64,000 bases of DNA from assembly GCA_034434635.1 (NCBI GenBank), contig DAOTYX010000202.1, forward strand, positions 11,829 through 75,828, in the 5' to 3' direction. The notes beneath the pieces were generated by a model. That model ran no database searches. It saw only the letters and a list, made by a program, of their open reading frames with translations, and had not been told where the DNA came from. Position numbers and translations under genes: made by a program. The first letter of the stretch is position 1. Every line of letters starts with the position of its first letter. Positions 48,615 to 57,815 of this stretch are shown piece after piece. Source of the stretch: Anaerolineae bacterium. GTDB lineage: Bacteria; Chloroflexota; Anaerolineae; B4-G1; DUEL01.

Positions 48615-50530
48615 GCGGAGGAGGCGTTCTCCTGCTCCTGTCGCTCCATCTCCGCCAGCACGCGGGCGACCTCTTCGATGGCGATGCGTTGTTTGCGGTA
48701 CAGGTCGGATTCGCTCATTGCCAGGCGCATAGCCACGTCGCGCACCCGGTAGCCGCGCAGGAACTTCAGTTCCAGGATGTTGTAGAGCAGCCACTCGGCG
48801 GTGGTCATGCTGCGGTCCCCCTCCGGGCGCAGGTTCTCGATGGCTCGCACCAGCACCGCGCGTAGGGCATTGACGGAGCTGCCGTGTTCGCGTGAGGCTC
48901 GCTCGACCACCTGGAGATTGAGCAGGGGGCTGCTGGTGAGCTTGGGGCCGCCCCAGTAGTGGGCGAGCGCGTCATGTACCCAGCGGGAGAACTCGGCGTC
49001 CTCTGCTGGACGGTCGAGGTTGCGCAGGGCGGGAGGCCCCTCGTAGCGCAACAGGCTCCCGCGCTGCTGGATGTCCTCGATCTGTGGTCTGAGGCGGTCA
49101 AGGGTGGCGAAGAGGCTCTGTTGTAGCCGTCGGTCCTCCAGCGCGGTCTCTATCTGCGCGGTGAGCGTCTGGAGTCCTTCCTCCTCCTCTGCCGAGAGTT
49201 GCGGCAGCGGGTCGCGAGCGGTCATCCCCAGGATGCCGACGACCTGGCCGGTGGGTTGAGAGCGAAGAGGCAGCAGCCAGTAGCCGTTCCATATGAAGAA
49301 CGGCCCATGTTGCTGGATGTGGGCTGCGGGATGGCCGTCGGCAAGCGCCTCCAGGGTTTCTTCTGGCAAGGGGGTCTGCTCTGGCTCGAGCGCGCCGCAC
49401 TTGGCCATGATCTGCGCCTGGCCGTCCTCCAGCGAAGCCAGAAACGCGCCGGGGGTGCGCAGCAGGTCGCACAGCGCCGTGAGCGCGTTCTCCAGGAACT
49501 GGTGTAGATCGCTGGAGGTCAGCAGGTGGTTGCTCAGGTCCTGCAACCAGGTGATTTCCTGTCGGTCTCGTCGGTAAAGGAGACGGTCAATCAGCGGCTT
49601 GGCCAGTTCGACCGCCTGCTGGGTCAGGAGGATGGCGATCACGACGCCGAAGAGCGTGAGCCGCAGAGGGGGCAGGCCCAGGAATCCGTCGGTCTGCTGG
49701 GCGACGAGGATCACCATCACCACCACGGTGGCCTGCAACGGGCCGCGCAGGATGAAGCGCACGAAGCGATGTTTGACCACGCGGTCGGGGGTGAGGGTGC
49801 CGAAAAAGGCAACGGTGTAGGACATCGCTCCCAGCATCGCTCCCACGGCCAGGTTGCTGGCGATGACCAGCAGCCACAGGATGACGCCGGAGAGTCGCCG
49901 CGGCCATCCGGCGATCAACAGATAGGGAAAGACGCCCACAGCGGGAGCCAGGAAGGAGAGGCTGAGGTAGGTCATGCGGCGACGAGAAGTGCTGGTGAGG
50001 CAGCGCAACCAGGCGCGCAGCAGGTTCAGCGCCCCCCAACCGACGACGAGGGCAAAGTAAGTGAAGAAGAGCCAGAACAGCGGGCCGGCCTGCAGGTGGA
50101 AAGCGCCGGCGTCTTCCACCCCGTCCCGTACCAGGAGGTCGGTGAAGACGGCGGCGCTGAGGATCAGCCCGCCGAAGAAATAGGCGCCGCGCACGGCGAG
50201 CGAGCGGGTACGGCTGCGGTCGTTGGTGGTCTCGAGCAGGGCCACGGAGAAGTGCAGGTAGGCGGCGGGCGTGAAGGCGATGCCCAGCCACTGGAAGCGC
50301 AGCCAATGTTGGTTGCTCTCCAGCGAGCCGCCGTTCATCGCCAGGTCGGCGAAGTAGACGACAAGGACACAGGCGAGAAGGGCGCAGAAGGCGCGCGCTA
50401 CGTTGCTGCGTCGGTTGTACAGCAGGAGGTAGATAACCAGGGCAAAGGAGAGGATGACAATGCCGGAAGCAAGCAGGGCATTGATCAGGGGAAGTGTCCG
50501 TAGCCAGTCCACAGAGGACAACACACCCAT
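48611..50530 (-). CDS. membrane one-component regulator: HisKA_7TM-like N-terminal domain, GAF domain and a C-terminal HTH
   Basis: Seven hydrophobic helices in the first about 300 aa, resembling the N-termini of the two sensor kinases at 57812 and 60327. The central region has GAF-like secondary-structure periodicity. The C-terminal TTAEWLLYNILELKFLRGYRVRDVAMRLAMSESDLYRKQRIAIEEVARVL is a sigma-r4/LuxR-like HTH. Confidence 0.65.
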   Translation of the reverse strand: MGVLSSVDWLRTLPLINALLASGIVILSFALVIYLLLYNRRSNVARAFCALLACVLVVYFADLAMNGGSLESNQHWLRFQWLGIAFTPAAYLHFSVALLETTNDRSRTRSLAVRGAYFFGGLILSAAVFTDLLVRDGVEDAGAFHLQAGPLFWLFFTYFALVVGWGALNLLRAWLRCLTSTSRRRMTYLSLSFLAPAVGVFPYLLIAGWPRRLSGVILWLLVIASNLAVGAMLGAMSYTVAFFGTLTPDRVVKHRFVRFILRGPLQATVVVMVILVAQQTDGFLGLPPLRLTLFGVVIAILLTQQAVELAKPLIDRLLYRRDRQEITWLQDLSNHLLTSSDLHQFLENALTALCDLLRTPGAFLASLEDGQAQIMAKCGALEPEQTPLPEETLEALADGHPAAHIQQHGPFFIWNGYWLLPLRSQPTGQVVGILGMTARDPLPQLSAEEEEGLQTLTAQIETALEDRRLQQSLFATLDRLRPQIEDIQQRGSLLRYEGPPALRNLDRPAEDAEFSRWVHDALAHYWGGPKLTSSPLLNLQVVERASREHGSSVNALRAVLVRAIENLRPEGDRSMTTAEWLLYNILELKFLRGYRVRDVAMRLAMSESDLYRKQRIAIEEVARVLAEMERQEQENASSA

Positions 50531-50562
50531 GCTCTCAGATCACACGATACAGGAACCCGACA

Positions 50563-51093
50563 TCAATGCAGGCTCTGACCCAACAGCGCCGCGATCTCCT
50601 GGGTCCGCCAATGCCGGTCGTGATAGCCGCAAAAGACTAATCCCAGCGCGCGGCAGAAACAGATGGCCGGGTAGTTTCTGGTCTGCACTTCGGCGACCAG
50701 CCGGACCAGATGTTGCTGTCGCGCCCAAGCGGCGGCCTCCTGCATCAGCCTGCGTCCCAACCCCTGCCGCCGATAGGCGGGGTCTACCACCACGTCCTGT
50801 ACCCAGGCCCAACCGTGGCCAGGGAGGGCCAGCGCGGTGAGGTAGCCGTGGACTGTGCGCTCGGAGACGGCGACGAGGAACAGGTCGGATCGTTCCCATC
50901 CCGCCCGCAACACGTCGCCCTGACGGGGGTAGCGCAGGGTGAGGGGACGGGGCAGGCGCACCGGCTGGAAGGTGACGGTGATGGCCCCCTCGTGCTCGTG
51001 CTCCTCCATCTGCCACGCGTGCTCCGTGACAACGGAGTGGTCAAGATTGGCGCATGCTTCCCAGTCGGCGGGGCGGGCCTTTCGGATCTGCAA
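50563..51093 (-). CDS. GNAT-family N-acetyltransferase
   Basis: Acetyl-CoA site RRQGLGRRLMQEAAAWARQQ, preceded by VVDPAYRRQG. Proposed TTG start at 51093 (LQIRKARPADW) with a GGGAG RBS. The track's ATG at 51264 would add an N-terminal extension that is repeat-encoded and overlaps a plus-strand promoter. Confidence 0.55.
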   Translation of the reverse strand: MQIRKARPADWEACANLDHSVVTEHAWQMEEHEHEGAITVTFQPVRLPRPLTLRYPRQGDVLRAGWERSDLFLVAVSERTVHGYLTALALPGHGWAWVQDVVVDPAYRRQGLGRRLMQEAAAWARQQHLVRLVAEVQTRNYPAICFCRALGLVFCGYHDRHWRTQEIAALLGQSLH

Positions 51094-51169
51094 TTTCCGG
51101 CTCCCGAGTTGGGTTGCGGGTATTCTACCACTTTCCCCGGAAGGGGCAAGGCGACAGGCCGCAAGGCCG

Positions 51170-51222
51170 TAGGCCGTGGACGACAGGCCGTGACCCGTGG
51201 TCTGCAGTCTGTGGTCCGTGGT
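51170..51222. repeat. GGCCGT / GTGGTCC short tandem repeats
   Basis: gcaaggccgtaggccgtggacgacaggccgtgacccgtggtctgcagtctgtggtccgtggtc in the GNAT/ABC divergent spacer. Confidence 0.75.
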
Positions 51223-51230
51223 CATCTCAG

Positions 51231-51260
51231 TTGACAAGCCTCTTGAATTGAGTATATTAT
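51231..51260 (+). promoter_or_regulatory. candidate promoter of the ABC-2 transporter operon (TTGACA-N16/18-TATATT/TATTAT)
   Basis: gTTGACAagcctcttgaattgagTATATTATcc. The 125-nt leader contains a 10-bp stem (GCGGAGAGCA...GTGCTCTCCG, 51295-51340) enclosing a smaller hairpin. Confidence 0.55.
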
Positions 51261-51387
51261 CCATTAGGGCGTTGTCGTTTCAGGCGGCCCAGTGCGGAGA
51301 GCACTTTGCCGGATGGTGCCCGCCGGCAGCGTGCTCTCCGAGTTTGAGGGCCAGTGAACAAACTCTCATAAGGAGGCTGTACTGTCT

Positions 51388-52362
51388 ATGATTGAGGTCG
51401 AAGGCCTGACCAAGAGATATGGCCGCTTTACGGCCATCGAGAACCTCTCCTTCAACGTCGAGCGAGGCGAGATCGTCGGCTTCCTCGGCCCCAACGGGGC
51501 AGGGAAGACGACGACGATGCGCGTGCTGACCGGCTACCTGCCCCCCACCGAGGGGACAGCGCGCATCGCGGGCCATGACATCTTCACCGACTCTCTCGAG
51601 GCCCGACGTCATATCGGGTACATGCCGGAGACCGTGCCGCTTTACCCGGAGATGACCGTGCGCGGTTATCTCCACTTCATGGCCGAGATCCGCGGCGTGC
51701 AGGACCGGCAGACGGCGGTGGAAGAGGCGATGCGCCTGTGCCACGTCCAGGATCGCGCGCGGGACGTGATCGGCACGCTGTCCAAGGGCTACCGCCAGCG
51801 GGTGGGGCTGGCCCAGGCTCTCCTCCATCGTCCCGACGTCCTGATCCTGGACGAGCCGACCATCGGTCTCGACCCGCGCCAGATCATCGAGGTGCGCGAA
51901 CTGATCCGCGAACTGGGTCGGGAGCGCACCATCCTTCTCAGCAGCCACGTGCTGCCGGAGGTCAGCCAGGTCTGCACGCGGGTGCTCATCATCCACCGCG
52001 GCCACATCGTCGCCGAAGACACCCCCCGCGGGCTCACCGCCCGGCTACAGAAGGCCGCCCACCTGGTGGTGGAGGTGGCTCGCCCTACGCCGGAACTTCT
52101 CCCCGCCCTTCAGGCTCTTCCCGGTGTGCTGCAGGTGGACCGCAGCGGTGACGGGCGGTACGAGGTGCTCTCGGCCCCCGAACAGGACGTGCGCGCTGCC
52201 GTTGCTGAGGCGGTGGTGCACGGCGGCTGGGGCCTGCTGGAACTGCGGCCGGTGGCGATGAGCCTGGAGGAGATCTTCCTGCAACTGACCCAGGAGGAGC
52301 CGCCGCCGGAAACCCTCTCATCTGAACCCTCATCCTCTGAGGAGGTGGAACCCGATGCGTAA
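51388..52362 (+). CDS. ABC transporter ATP-binding protein (ABC-2 / GldA-like)
   Basis: Walker A GPNGAGKTT, signature LSKGYRQRV, Walker B VLILDEPT, H-loop; 324 aa. Confidence 0.9.
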   Translation: MIEVEGLTKRYGRFTAIENLSFNVERGEIVGFLGPNGAGKTTTMRVLTGYLPPTEGTARIAGHDIFTDSLEARRHIGYMPETVPLYPEMTVRGYLHFMAEIRGVQDRQTAVEEAMRLCHVQDRARDVIGTLSKGYRQRVGLAQALLHRPDVLILDEPTIGLDPRQIIEVRELIRELGRERTILLSSHVLPEVSQVCTRVLIIHRGHIVAEDTPRGLTARLQKAAHLVVEVARPTPELLPALQALPGVLQVDRSGDGRYEVLSAPEQDVRAAVAEAVVHGGWGLLELRPVAMSLEEIFLQLTQEEPPPETLSSEPSSSEEVEPDA

Positions 52363-53092
52363 CCTTTTCGCCATCGCCAAACGGGAGATCGCCTCTTACC
52401 TGGTCTCCCCCATCGCCTACCTGGTGACCGCGGCGTTCTTGCTGATCGTGGGCCTCTACTTCGGCCTCACGCTGATCGTCATGGCCCAGGGACAGGCGGA
52501 GCCGACGCTGCGCTACGAGATCGGCTTCATGATTGTGGTCTTCGTCTTCGTCGTGCCCTTCCTGACCATGCGCCTGCTGGCGCAGGAGCGGCGCATGGGC
52601 ACGCTGGAACTGGTGCTTACCTCCCCGGTCCAGGAGTGGGAACTGACCATGGGCAAGTTCCTGGCCGGGTTGGTCTTCTACCTGCTGATGTTGCTGCCGA
52701 CACTGCTCTACCCGTTGACCATGGAGGTGTTTGGCAACCCTGACTGGGGGCCGATCTGGAGCGGCTATCTGGGACTGTTGCTTTTCGGCGCGGTGCTGCT
52801 CTCTGTGGGACTGCTGGCCTCGGCGGTGACGCAGAGCCAGATCGTCGCCGCAGTCCTTGGGGTGGCGGGCAACCTCCTGCTGTGGTTCTTCGTCGGCGCG
52901 CCAGCCTACGCCGTTTCGACGATCAGTGCGCGCATGGCCAACCTCCTTCGTTTCCTTGACCTGCAGCAGCATCTCGACACCTTCGTCAGCGGCACGCTGG
53001 ACACGCGTGACGTGATCTACTGTCTGAGCCTCACCATCTTTTTCCTCTTCATCACCACACGGGTGCTGGAGGCGCGGAGGTGGCGAGCATGA
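52355..53092 (+). CDS. ABC-2 family permease (GldF-like)
   Basis: Six TM helices; FAIAKREIASYLVSPIAYLV start typical of ABC-2 / GldF permeases. Overlaps both neighbouring genes. Confidence 0.8.
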   Translation: MRNLFAIAKREIASYLVSPIAYLVTAAFLLIVGLYFGLTLIVMAQGQAEPTLRYEIGFMIVVFVFVVPFLTMRLLAQERRMGTLELVLTSPVQEWELTMGKFLAGLVFYLLMLLPTLLYPLTMEVFGNPDWGPIWSGYLGLLLFGAVLLSVGLLASAVTQSQIVAAVLGVAGNLLLWFFVGAPAYAVSTISARMANLLRFLDLQQHLDTFVSGTLDTRDVIYCLSLTIFFLFITTRVLEARRWRA

Positions 53093-54648
53093 ACGAGCAA
53101 CGCCGACAACGGATCAGCAACATCCTGCTGTGGGTGGCGTTGGTCGCCATGGGCGTGGCCGCTGTCGCGCTCATGATCGAACGCCGCCTGAGTTTCGTCA
53201 GCGAGATCGCCTTCGGCGTGGCCGGTGCCCTGTTGCTCACCTTCATCATCCTCGAGCCGGTGCGCACCCGCACCTGGATCACCAGCCGGCAGGTCCGGTA
53301 TGGCAGCAACGCGGTGATGATGAGCCTGCTGTTGCTGGCCGTGCTGGGGGTCGCCAACTTCCTGGCCGACCGTCACCCCTACCGCGTTGATGTCACTGCA
53401 AACCGTCGCCTGTCCCTGGCGCCGCAGACGGTGGACCTGCTGCGCACGCTGGAGGGACCGGTGCGCGTGGTCGCCTTCTTCCCTAACTCCGAGGGAAAGC
53501 AGGCGGCGCTCGACCTGTTCGATCAATACCGTTACCACTACCCGCAGTGGGAGGTGGAGACGCACGACCCGTTCGTCGAGCCCAGCCAGGCGCAGCAGTG
53601 GGGCGTCACCGAGAGCTGGCGACCGACGGTCTTCATCCTCTACGGGGAACGGCAGGAGACGATCCACGAGGTCAGCGAGGTGGAGGTCACCAGCGCCCTG
53701 GTGCGGCTGACCCGCAGCCAGAACCCGGTGGTCTACTTCCTCACCGGCCACGGCGAGTTGGAACTGAACGATGCCGGCCAGACCGGACTCTCCACACTCC
53801 GCTCGCGGCTGGAGTCGGAGGGGTTCACGGTGCGCTCGCTCAACCTGCTCATCACCACCACCGTGCCCGCCGACGCCAGCGTGGTGGCGCTGGTGGGTCC
53901 GCAGCGCCCGCTGGCCCAGGGGGAGGTGGACCGCCTGGCCGAGTACGCGGACAGGGGGGGATCGCTGATGATCCTGTTGGACCCCACCGCCGACGCGGAG
54001 ATGGATTCGTCGCCGCTGGCGGATTGGCTGGCCCAGCGCTGGGGGGTTGCTTTCCGCCGTGACATCGTCATCGAGCAGACGGCCAACTTCCCTGGCTGTC
54101 CCTATCCCGCCTGCCCGGTGATCGAACCCTCTTCCGGCAGCCCTATCGGTGGACGAATGCAAGACACCTTTGTGTATCTGCTCGAGGCGCGTTCCATCCA
54201 CCCGGTCACCGCTACCCTGGCGACGACGGCGACGCAGCCGACCTACACCCCGCTGCTGCAGAGCAGCCGCGACAGTTGGGGGGAGACCTCCCTGGACACG
54301 GCCCAGTATAACGAGGATGTGGATGTGCGAGGACCGCTGGACCTGGCGGTCACCGTGGAGGACCCCGACAGCGGGGCGCGGTTGGCCCTGTTCGGCGACT
54401 GTCATTTCGTCTCCAACGTCTCGGTGCGAGACCTCTGGAACAGCGATCTGGTCGTCAACACCCTGGACTGGTTCACCCAGGACGAGACGCTGATCTCCAT
54501 CCGGCCGCGGGAGGACGTGGAGCGTCACCTGACGATCAGCAGTGGGCTGGTGCTGAGCGCTACTTTCGTCTTCCTGGTCATCCTGGTGCCGCTGGCGGTG
54601 GTGGGCATCGGCCTGCTTGTCTTTGCGGCGCGGAGGTGGCGACGATGA
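53089..54648 (+). CDS. GldG-like ABC-transporter auxiliary component
   Basis: N- and C-terminal TM anchors flank a large extracytoplasmic domain (RVDVTANRRLSLAPQT..., PVVYFLTGHGE...). ATGA overlap with the permease stop. Confidence 0.75.
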   Translation: MNEQRRQRISNILLWVALVAMGVAAVALMIERRLSFVSEIAFGVAGALLLTFIILEPVRTRTWITSRQVRYGSNAVMMSLLLLAVLGVANFLADRHPYRVDVTANRRLSLAPQTVDLLRTLEGPVRVVAFFPNSEGKQAALDLFDQYRYHYPQWEVETHDPFVEPSQAQQWGVTESWRPTVFILYGERQETIHEVSEVEVTSALVRLTRSQNPVVYFLTGHGELELNDAGQTGLSTLRSRLESEGFTVRSLNLLITTTVPADASVVALVGPQRPLAQGEVDRLAEYADRGGSLMILLDPTADAEMDSSPLADWLAQRWGVAFRRDIVIEQTANFPGCPYPACPVIEPSSGSPIGGRMQDTFVYLLEARSIHPVTATLATTATQPTYTPLLQSSRDSWGETSLDTAQYNEDVDVRGPLDLAVTVEDPDSGARLALFGDCHFVSNVSVRDLWNSDLVVNTLDWFTQDETLISIRPREDVERHLTISSGLVLSATFVFLVILVPLAVVGIGLLVFAARRWRR

Positions 54649-55235
54649 AGGGCAGCAGCAAGACCTGGATCGTCCTCGGCGCGTTGGCGATCGTGGCGGC
54701 GGCGCTGTTGATCCTGGAACTGCGGGGCGCCCTGCCGCGCTCCTCCTCCGAAGAGGTGGAGTACGTGTGGGACATCGAAACGACGGATGTCGTCGCCGTG
54801 CGGGTGACCAACAACATCTCGGGGACGGTAACGGCAGTGGAGCGGAATGCGGCGGGGGAATGGCAGGTGACTGAGCCCTCCCCCGGCGCGGCCAGCCACA
54901 CCGACTGCACGACGCTGGCCTACTATCTCTCTACTCTCCAGGTGGAGCAAACGATCGAGACCCCGCCGGCTGCGGAGATGGAGGCTTATGGCCTGATCAC
55001 GCCGACCTACACCGTGGAGGTGAGGCTGGGGGATGGTAACACGCTCACCCTGGAGGTGGGCAACCGTGCGGTCAGCGGTTACTACTACGCGCGGCGAGCC
55101 GGTGAGGAGGCCGTGCTCCTGGTGACGGGCTACGTCGTGGATGAGATCGTGCGGATTGTCGAATCGCCGCCCTATGAGGCTACACCGACTCCCCCTATGC
55201 CCTCGATGTTGGGGCCGGAGTCGCCAGACGGATAA
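54645..55235 (+). CDS. DUF4340-family protein (commonly found after GldG homologues)
   Basis: N-terminal TM ([17 protein letters not shown]); beta-rich periplasmic domain; ATGA overlap with the GldG-like gene. Confidence 0.6.
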   Translation: MKGSSKTWIVLGALAIVAAALLILELRGALPRSSSEEVEYVWDIETTDVVAVRVTNNISGTVTAVERNAAGEWQVTEPSPGAASHTDCTTLAYYLSTLQVEQTIETPPAAEMEAYGLITPTYTVEVRLGDGNTLTLEVGNRAVSGYYYARRAGEEAVLLVTGYVVDEIVRIVESPPYEATPTPPMPSMLGPESPDG

Positions 55236-55250
55236 TCCCTGTGTGTCTTT

Positions 55251-55286
55251 CAGACCTCCGAGGCCCGTGGAGGCCTCGGAGGTCTG
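55251..55286 (+). promoter_or_regulatory. perfect 15-bp inverted repeat (hairpin) just upstream of the sigA start codon
   Basis: CAGACCTCCGAGGCC-cgtgga-GGCCTCGGAGGTCTG ends 11 nt before the sigA ATG. The GAGG on the 3' side could act as the RBS. Possible terminator for the upstream operon or a translational-control element. Confidence 0.6.
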
Positions 55287-55297
55287 AGGGGTCTGAG

Positions 55298-56527
55298 ATG
55301 GATAGGTTCGACGAGTTGGATGATAGCGAAATAGAACCCCTTCCTGACGACATCGCGGAGGTCCAGGAGGAACCTGGAGGGGTGGATACCCTGGTGGCCT
55401 TGGGCCAGGCGCAGGGATATGTCACGTTTGATGACATCCTGAACGTCTTCCCTGAGGCCGAAGAGAATATGGATCAGTTAGAGGATATCTTTGCAGTCTT
55501 GATGGATGCCGGTATCCCCATCGGCGAGCCCATGGAGGCCGAGGAGGAGATCGGCGAGCCCGAGGAGGGGCGGGGGATAGGCTTGACCAGCGAAGAGGAA
55601 GCCTACTTCCGCGCCGTCGAGACAGACGACACCATCGGTCTGTACCTGAAAGAGATCAGCCGCGTGCCGCTCTTGACCCAGGAGCAGGAGGTGGCGCTGG
55701 CCAAGCGCATGGAGCGCGGCAAACAGATGGAGAAGGAACTGCAGCGGAACGGGTTGGATCCGGCGCGGCGTCAGGAGATGATGGCGATCATTGAAGACGG
55801 TCGCGCTGCCCGTGAGCACCTGATCCGCGCCAACTCCCGGTTGGTCATCTCCGTGGCCAAGAAGTACATCGGCCGGGGTGTGCCTTTCCTGGACCTCATC
55901 CAGGAGGGGAACATCGGCCTGATCCGCGCCGCCAACAAGTTCAATTACCGGTTGGGCCATAAGTTCTCCACTTACGCCACCTGGTGGATCCGCCAGGCGG
56001 TGACCCGCTCCATCGCCGACCAGTCGCGCACGATCCGCGTGCCGGTGCATATGGGCGACCAGATCAACCGCCTGCTGCGCGTCTCGCACCGGCTGACGCA
56101 GGAACTGGGCCGCGAACCGACCAGCGAGGAACTGGGCCGACAGCTGGACATCCCGCCGCGCAAGGTGGAGCAGATGCTGGAGGTGGCCCGCCGTCCGCTG
56201 AGCCTGGAGATGCCCACCGACGAGGAAGAGGAGAGCACGCTGGGCGACTTCATCGAGGACGAGCGGGCGGTCTCTCCCCCTGACGCGGTCAGTGATTCGG
56301 TGTTGCGGCAGATGGTGAACGAGATCCTCCAGGAACTGCCGCCGCGGGAGGTGCGCATCCTGCAGTTGCGGTACGGCCTGGTGGATGGGGAGACCTACAC
56401 GCTGGAGGAGGTGGGGAAGAAGTTGGGGGTGACCCGCGAACGGGTGCGTCAGATCGAGGCCCAGGCGCTCAGCCGCCTGCGCCACCCTACCCACGCCCGC
56501 CGGTTGAGGGATTTCTTGCGGAGTTGA
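55298..56527 (+). CDS. sigA: primary RNA polymerase sigma factor SigA/RpoD
   Basis: Acidic region 1.1, region 1.2 ([17 protein letters not shown]), region 2 ([17 protein letters not shown]...YATWWIRQA), region 3 and region 4 ([13 protein letters not shown]...[24 protein letters not shown]); 409 aa. Confidence 0.9.
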   Translation: MDRFDELDDSEIEPLPDDIAEVQEEPGGVDTLVALGQAQGYVTFDDILNVFPEAEENMDQLEDIFAVLMDAGIPIGEPMEAEEEIGEPEEGRGIGLTSEEEAYFRAVETDDTIGLYLKEISRVPLLTQEQEVALAKRMERGKQMEKELQRNGLDPARRQEMMAIIEDGRAAREHLIRANSRLVISVAKKYIGRGVPFLDLIQEGNIGLIRAANKFNYRLGHKFSTYATWWIRQAVTRSIADQSRTIRVPVHMGDQINRLLRVSHRLTQELGREPTSEELGRQLDIPPRKVEQMLEVARRPLSLEMPTDEEEESTLGDFIEDERAVSPPDAVSDSVLRQMVNEILQELPPREVRILQLRYGLVDGETYTLEEVGKKLGVTRERVRQIEAQALSRLRHPTHARRLRDFLRS

Positions 56528-56570
56528 TGTCGCTGGACAGCCAGTGAGAGTCTGAGGAGAAGCGGCTCCA

Positions 56571-57815
56571 ATGGCGGATGATCTTCCCCAGGTGGACACG
56601 AAAGAGTTCCTCCGCCCCATCCTCTTCGGGTTGGCGGAAGAGGAACTGGACGACCTGGCTCGGGCCGCTGTTGTGCGCTCTTTCTCGCCTGGTGCCGCGA
56701 TCTGTCGAGAGGGGGAGCCGGCGGGGGCTTTCTTCGTCGTCGTCTCCGGGCGGGTGGCCATCCTGAAGCAGTTGGACGACCAGACGGAACGGCTGCTCCA
56801 CCACGCCGGCCCCGGCGAGTTCTTCGGCGAGATGGCTATCGTCCAGGAAAGCGGCCGCACCGCTACCGTTCGTGCGGTCGAGCCGACACTGGTGCTGGAA
56901 ATCGGGCGGGAGGAGTTCCTCAGCGTCCTGGGGCGCAGCCCTTCGCTGGCCGTCCGCATCCTGGTTCACCTGACCGACCGCCTGCGCAGTGCCGATCAGC
57001 AGGCCATCGTCGAACTGCGGCAGGCGAACGAGGAGTTGCGTCGCGCCTTCGCACGGCTGGAGCGGCTGGACCGTACCAAGTCGGATTTCATCCAGGTTTC
57101 GGCTCACGAACTGCGCACCCCGGTGGCGGCGCTGAAGGGGTATGCGCAGATGATGAAGGACCACCCGGTGGTGAAGAAGGATCCGAGCCTGAGCGCGCTC
57201 GTGGAGGGCGTGATCACCAGCACCGACCGTCTGCACCGCATCTTCGATAACATCCTCGACCTCTCGCGGGTTGTGGCCGGCGGCCTGGAGATACATCGCA
57301 GTCCGGTGAGCCTGGCGATCATCTTCCAGGGCATCCGGCTGGAGTTCAGCGAGGCGCTGGAGCGGCGCAACCTGACGCTGGAACTGGTGGGCTTGAGCGG
57401 GTTGCCGTTCTGTCCGGCGGATCCCGACCTCATCTACAAGGCCTTCCGGCACCTGGTGAACAATGCGCTGAAGTACACTCCCGATGGCGGGCGGATCACC
57501 GTGACCGGCCAGCAGGTGTCGTTGCCTGACCTGGGAGACTGTGTGGAAGTGGTCGTGGCGGATACCGGCATCGGTATTGCCCCGGAGGACCTGGACCTCA
57601 TCTTCGAGAAGTTCTATCGCACTGGTGAGGTGGCGCTGCACTCCTCGGGGACCGTGAACTTCAAAGGGGGCGGGCCAGGTTTGGGGCTGGCCATCGCTCA
57701 GGGGGCCGTCCTGGCCCACGGTGGGCGCATCTGGGCCGAGAGCCCCGGCTATGACGAGCAGACCTGTCCGGGCAGCCGCTTCATCGTGCAGTTGCCCCTC
57801 GGAGGGACGGGGTGA
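56571..57815 (+). CDS. cyclic-nucleotide-binding (cNMP) domain sensor histidine kinase
   Basis: N-terminal cNMP-binding fold (GEFFGEMAI..RTATVRA); HisKA (SHELRTPVAALKGYAQMM) with a phosphoacceptor His; HATPase_c N, G1 (DTGIGI), G2 (GGPGLGLAIA) boxes. Confidence 0.8.
   Translation: MADDLPQVDTKEFLRPILFGLAEEELDDLARAAVVRSFSPGAAICREGEPAGAFFVVVSGRVAILKQLDDQTERLLHHAGPGEFFGEMAIVQESGRTATVRAVEPTLVLEIGREEFLSVLGRSPSLAVRILVHLTDRLRSADQQAIVELRQANEELRRAFARLERLDRTKSDFIQVSAHELRTPVAALKGYAQMMKDHPVVKKDPSLSALVEGVITSTDRLHRIFDNILDLSRVVAGGLEIHRSPVSLAIIFQGIRLEFSEALERRNLTLELVGLSGLPFCPADPDLIYKAFRHLVNNALKYTPDGGRITVTGQQVSLPDLGDCVEVVVADTGIGIAPEDLDLIFEKFYRTGEVALHSSGTVNFKGGGPGLGLAIAQGAVLAHGGRIWAESPGYDEQTCPGSRFIVQLPLGGTG

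Noticed and set aside
50563-51264. Longer GNAT ORF starting at 51264
   Set aside because: The extra N-terminal 57 codons are encoded by the GGCCGT/GTGGTCC tandem repeat and overlap the plus-strand promoter of the ABC operon. The TTG at 51093, with an RBS, gives a normal GNAT N-terminus.
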